A model generated the notes under the pieces. The model was given only the letters and a program-made list of their open reading frames with translations. It searched no databases and was not told the origin of the DNA. This document shows positions 35,453 to 36,860 of a DNA stretch of 36,860 bases, piece by piece. The stretch comes from a virus, in UHGV virus genome UHGV-1448156, one strand, 5' to 3'. The translations under genes were made by a program, and so were the position numbers. Each line of letters starts with the position of its first letter. The first letter of the stretch is position 1.

Positions 35453-36160
35453 ATGGATTTGAATAAATTCGATGAGCCATTCAGCCCTGAAGATATCGAA
35501 TGGCGAATACAGCAAAGCGGTAAAACACGCGATGGCAAGGTGTGGGCTATGGTGCTGGCTTATGTCACGAACCGGGCAATCATGAAACGCCTGGACGATG
35601 TTTGCGGCAAAGCAGGATGGCGCAATGAATACCGCGATATTCCCAACAACGGCGGAGTTGAATGCGGCATATCAATAAAGATTGATTCCGAATGGGTAAC
35701 CAAATGGGATGCTGCTGAAAACACGCAGGTAGAAGCCGTCAAAGGTGGTCGTTCCGGTGCAATGAAGCGCGCTGCCGTTCAATGGGGAATCGGTCGGTAT
35801 CTGTATAACCTTGAGGAAGGTTTCGCACAAACATCTCTCGATAAAAAGCAGGGGTGGCACAGGGCAAAACTGAAGGATGGAACAGGATTTTACTGGCTCC
35901 CTCCATCGCTGCCGGGATGGGCAATCCCAGCATCAGATAACAAACCATCACCAGAAAATACCAACCAGAAATCTCCATCGGTTGACTGCGAACAAATCCT
36001 GAAAGACTTCAGCGATTATGCGTCAACAGAAACTGACAAGAAAAAACTCATCGAGCGTTATCAGCGTGACTGGCAATTAATGGCTGGCAACGAGGAGGCG
36101 CAGGCTAAATGCGTTCAGGTAATGAACATCAGAGTTAACGAACTAAAACAGGCGGCATAA
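35453..36160 (+). CDS. Single-strand annealing protein (Rad52/Sak-like core)
   Basis: 235 aa; SD GAGGTGA; SGAMKRAAVQWGIGRYLYNL resembles the Rad52-family annealing motif; C-terminal tail may be of Erf type (uncertain). Confidence 0.65.
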   Translation: MDLNKFDEPFSPEDIEWRIQQSGKTRDGKVWAMVLAYVTNRAIMKRLDDVCGKAGWRNEYRDIPNNGGVECGISIKIDSEWVTKWDAAENTQVEAVKGGRSGAMKRAAVQWGIGRYLYNLEEGFAQTSLDKKQGWHRAKLKDGTGFYWLPPSLPGWAIPASDNKPSPENTNQKSPSVDCEQILKDFSDYASTETDKKKLIERYQRDWQLMAGNEEAQAKCVQVMNIRVNELKQAA

Positions 36161-36667
36161 ATGGCAAGCAGAGGCGTAAATAAGGTGATTATCCTTGGTC
36201 GGGTAGGACAAGACCCGGAAGTTCGATACTCACCATCAGGAACAGCGTTCGCTAACCTGACAATAGCCACGTCAGAACAATGGCGAGATAAAAATACTGA
36301 CGAGCAAAAGGAATTGACTGAATGGCATCGTGTTGCTGTATCCGGGAAACTGGCTGAGGTCGTGGGGCAGTATGTGAAAAAAGGTGATCAGATTTATTTC
36401 GAGGGAATGCTGAGAACCAGAAAGTGGAAAGACCAGTCAGGGCAAGACCGTTACACAACCGAGGTTCATGTCGGAATTAATGGCGTGATGCAAATGCTTG
36501 GCGGCATTGGCGACAGCAAACAACAAGCAGCCAGCAGGCAATCACAGAAGCCACAGCAGCAATCATCACCAGCACAACACAACGAACCTCCGATGGATTT
36601 TGACGACGATATACCTTTTGCACCAGTAACTCTCCCCTTCCCTCGTCACGCTATTCACGCAATTTAA
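36161..36667 (+). CDS. ssb: Single-stranded DNA-binding protein with 15-aa C-terminal extension
   Basis: [23 protein letters not shown]...TEWHRV...[11 protein letters not shown] closely matches E. coli SSB; the acidic tip DFDDDIPF is followed by [15 protein letters not shown]. Confidence 0.85.
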   Translation: MASRGVNKVIILGRVGQDPEVRYSPSGTAFANLTIATSEQWRDKNTDEQKELTEWHRVAVSGKLAEVVGQYVKKGDQIYFEGMLRTRKWKDQSGQDRYTTEVHVGINGVMQMLGGIGDSKQQAASRQSQKPQQQSSPAQHNEPPMDFDDDIPFAPVTLPFPRHAIHAI

Positions 36668-36680
36668 TCAGGAGAAAATC

Positions 36681-36860
36681 ATGCCAGCGCCTCAGTATGG
36701 TGCGGATGACCCGCGCCGCTGTTCCGGCAATTCCGTATCGGAGGTGCTGGATAAATTCAGGAAAAACTACGACCGGATAATGTCGCTACCGCAGGAAACG
36801 AAAGAGGAAAAGGAATTTCGCCATTGTATATGGCTTGCAGAGAAAGAAGAACGCGAGCGA
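36681..36860 (+). CDS. Hypothetical early protein, 5' part only (runs off the window)
   Basis: ATG 36681 with SD AGGAG; MPAPQYGADDPRRCSGNSVSEVLDKFRKNYDRIMS... open to the edge. Confidence 0.4.
   Translation, partial: MPAPQYGADDPRRCSGNSVSEVLDKFRKNYDRIMSLPQETKEEKEFRHCIWLAEKEERER

Larger units (their letters stand above)
698..36860. mobile_element. Mosaic lambdoid prophage; continues past the right edge, left boundary somewhere in 1-697
   Basis: Uninterrupted phage gene order: tail, baseplate, head, terminase, lysis cassette, Q, nin region, replication genes, cro-c2 immunity, N-ral-recombination genes. No integrase or att site in window. Confidence 0.85.

Noticed and set aside
1-36860. tRNA, rRNA, CRISPR array, IS element, transposase or integrase
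   Set aside because: No tRNA-like T-arm or acceptor motifs, no regularly spaced direct repeats, and no recombinase-like ORFs found by reading; integrase presumably lies beyond the right edge.

Overview
The window is almost entirely one mosaic lambdoid prophage in inverted orientation (late genes on the minus strand), probably from an Escherichia-type host. Bases 1-697 carry no convincing gene and may hold the prophage end. 698-21849 (minus) is a complete Mu/P2-like myovirus virion module: tail fibre and assembly protein, baseplate, hub, tape measure, chaperone with a -1 frameshift site, tube, sheath, connector proteins, capsid, protease-scaffold, portal and terminases. 23161-25519 (minus) is a lambda-type late-control and lysis cassette (Q, pR', tR', S, R, Rz/Rz1). 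25516-31585 (minus) is the early-right operon (nin region, DnaB-like helicase, O-like initiator with iteron origin, cII-like). 31701-32617 is a P22-type cro/c2 immunity region, and 32707-36860 (plus) is the early-left operon with a phage-21-type N and nut sites, ral, a Rad52-like annealing protein and SSB. Three cargo loci are not explained by the phage backbone: (i) a self-contained cassette of a YafO-like toxin with an unrelated 190-aa partner, next to a secreted protein, between the baseplate hub and spike genes; (ii) a ClpP-fold protein and a 78-aa ORF encoded antisense between lysis and terminase genes, separated by 460 bp of non-coding DNA with two co-varying hairpins; (iii) an AT-rich cassette (114-aa ORF plus terminator) recombined into the N gene, leaving an N 3' remnant. 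No tRNA, rRNA, CRISPR array, IS element or integrase was seen. All protein identifications come from reading the translations and from memory of reference proteins; no database search was run.
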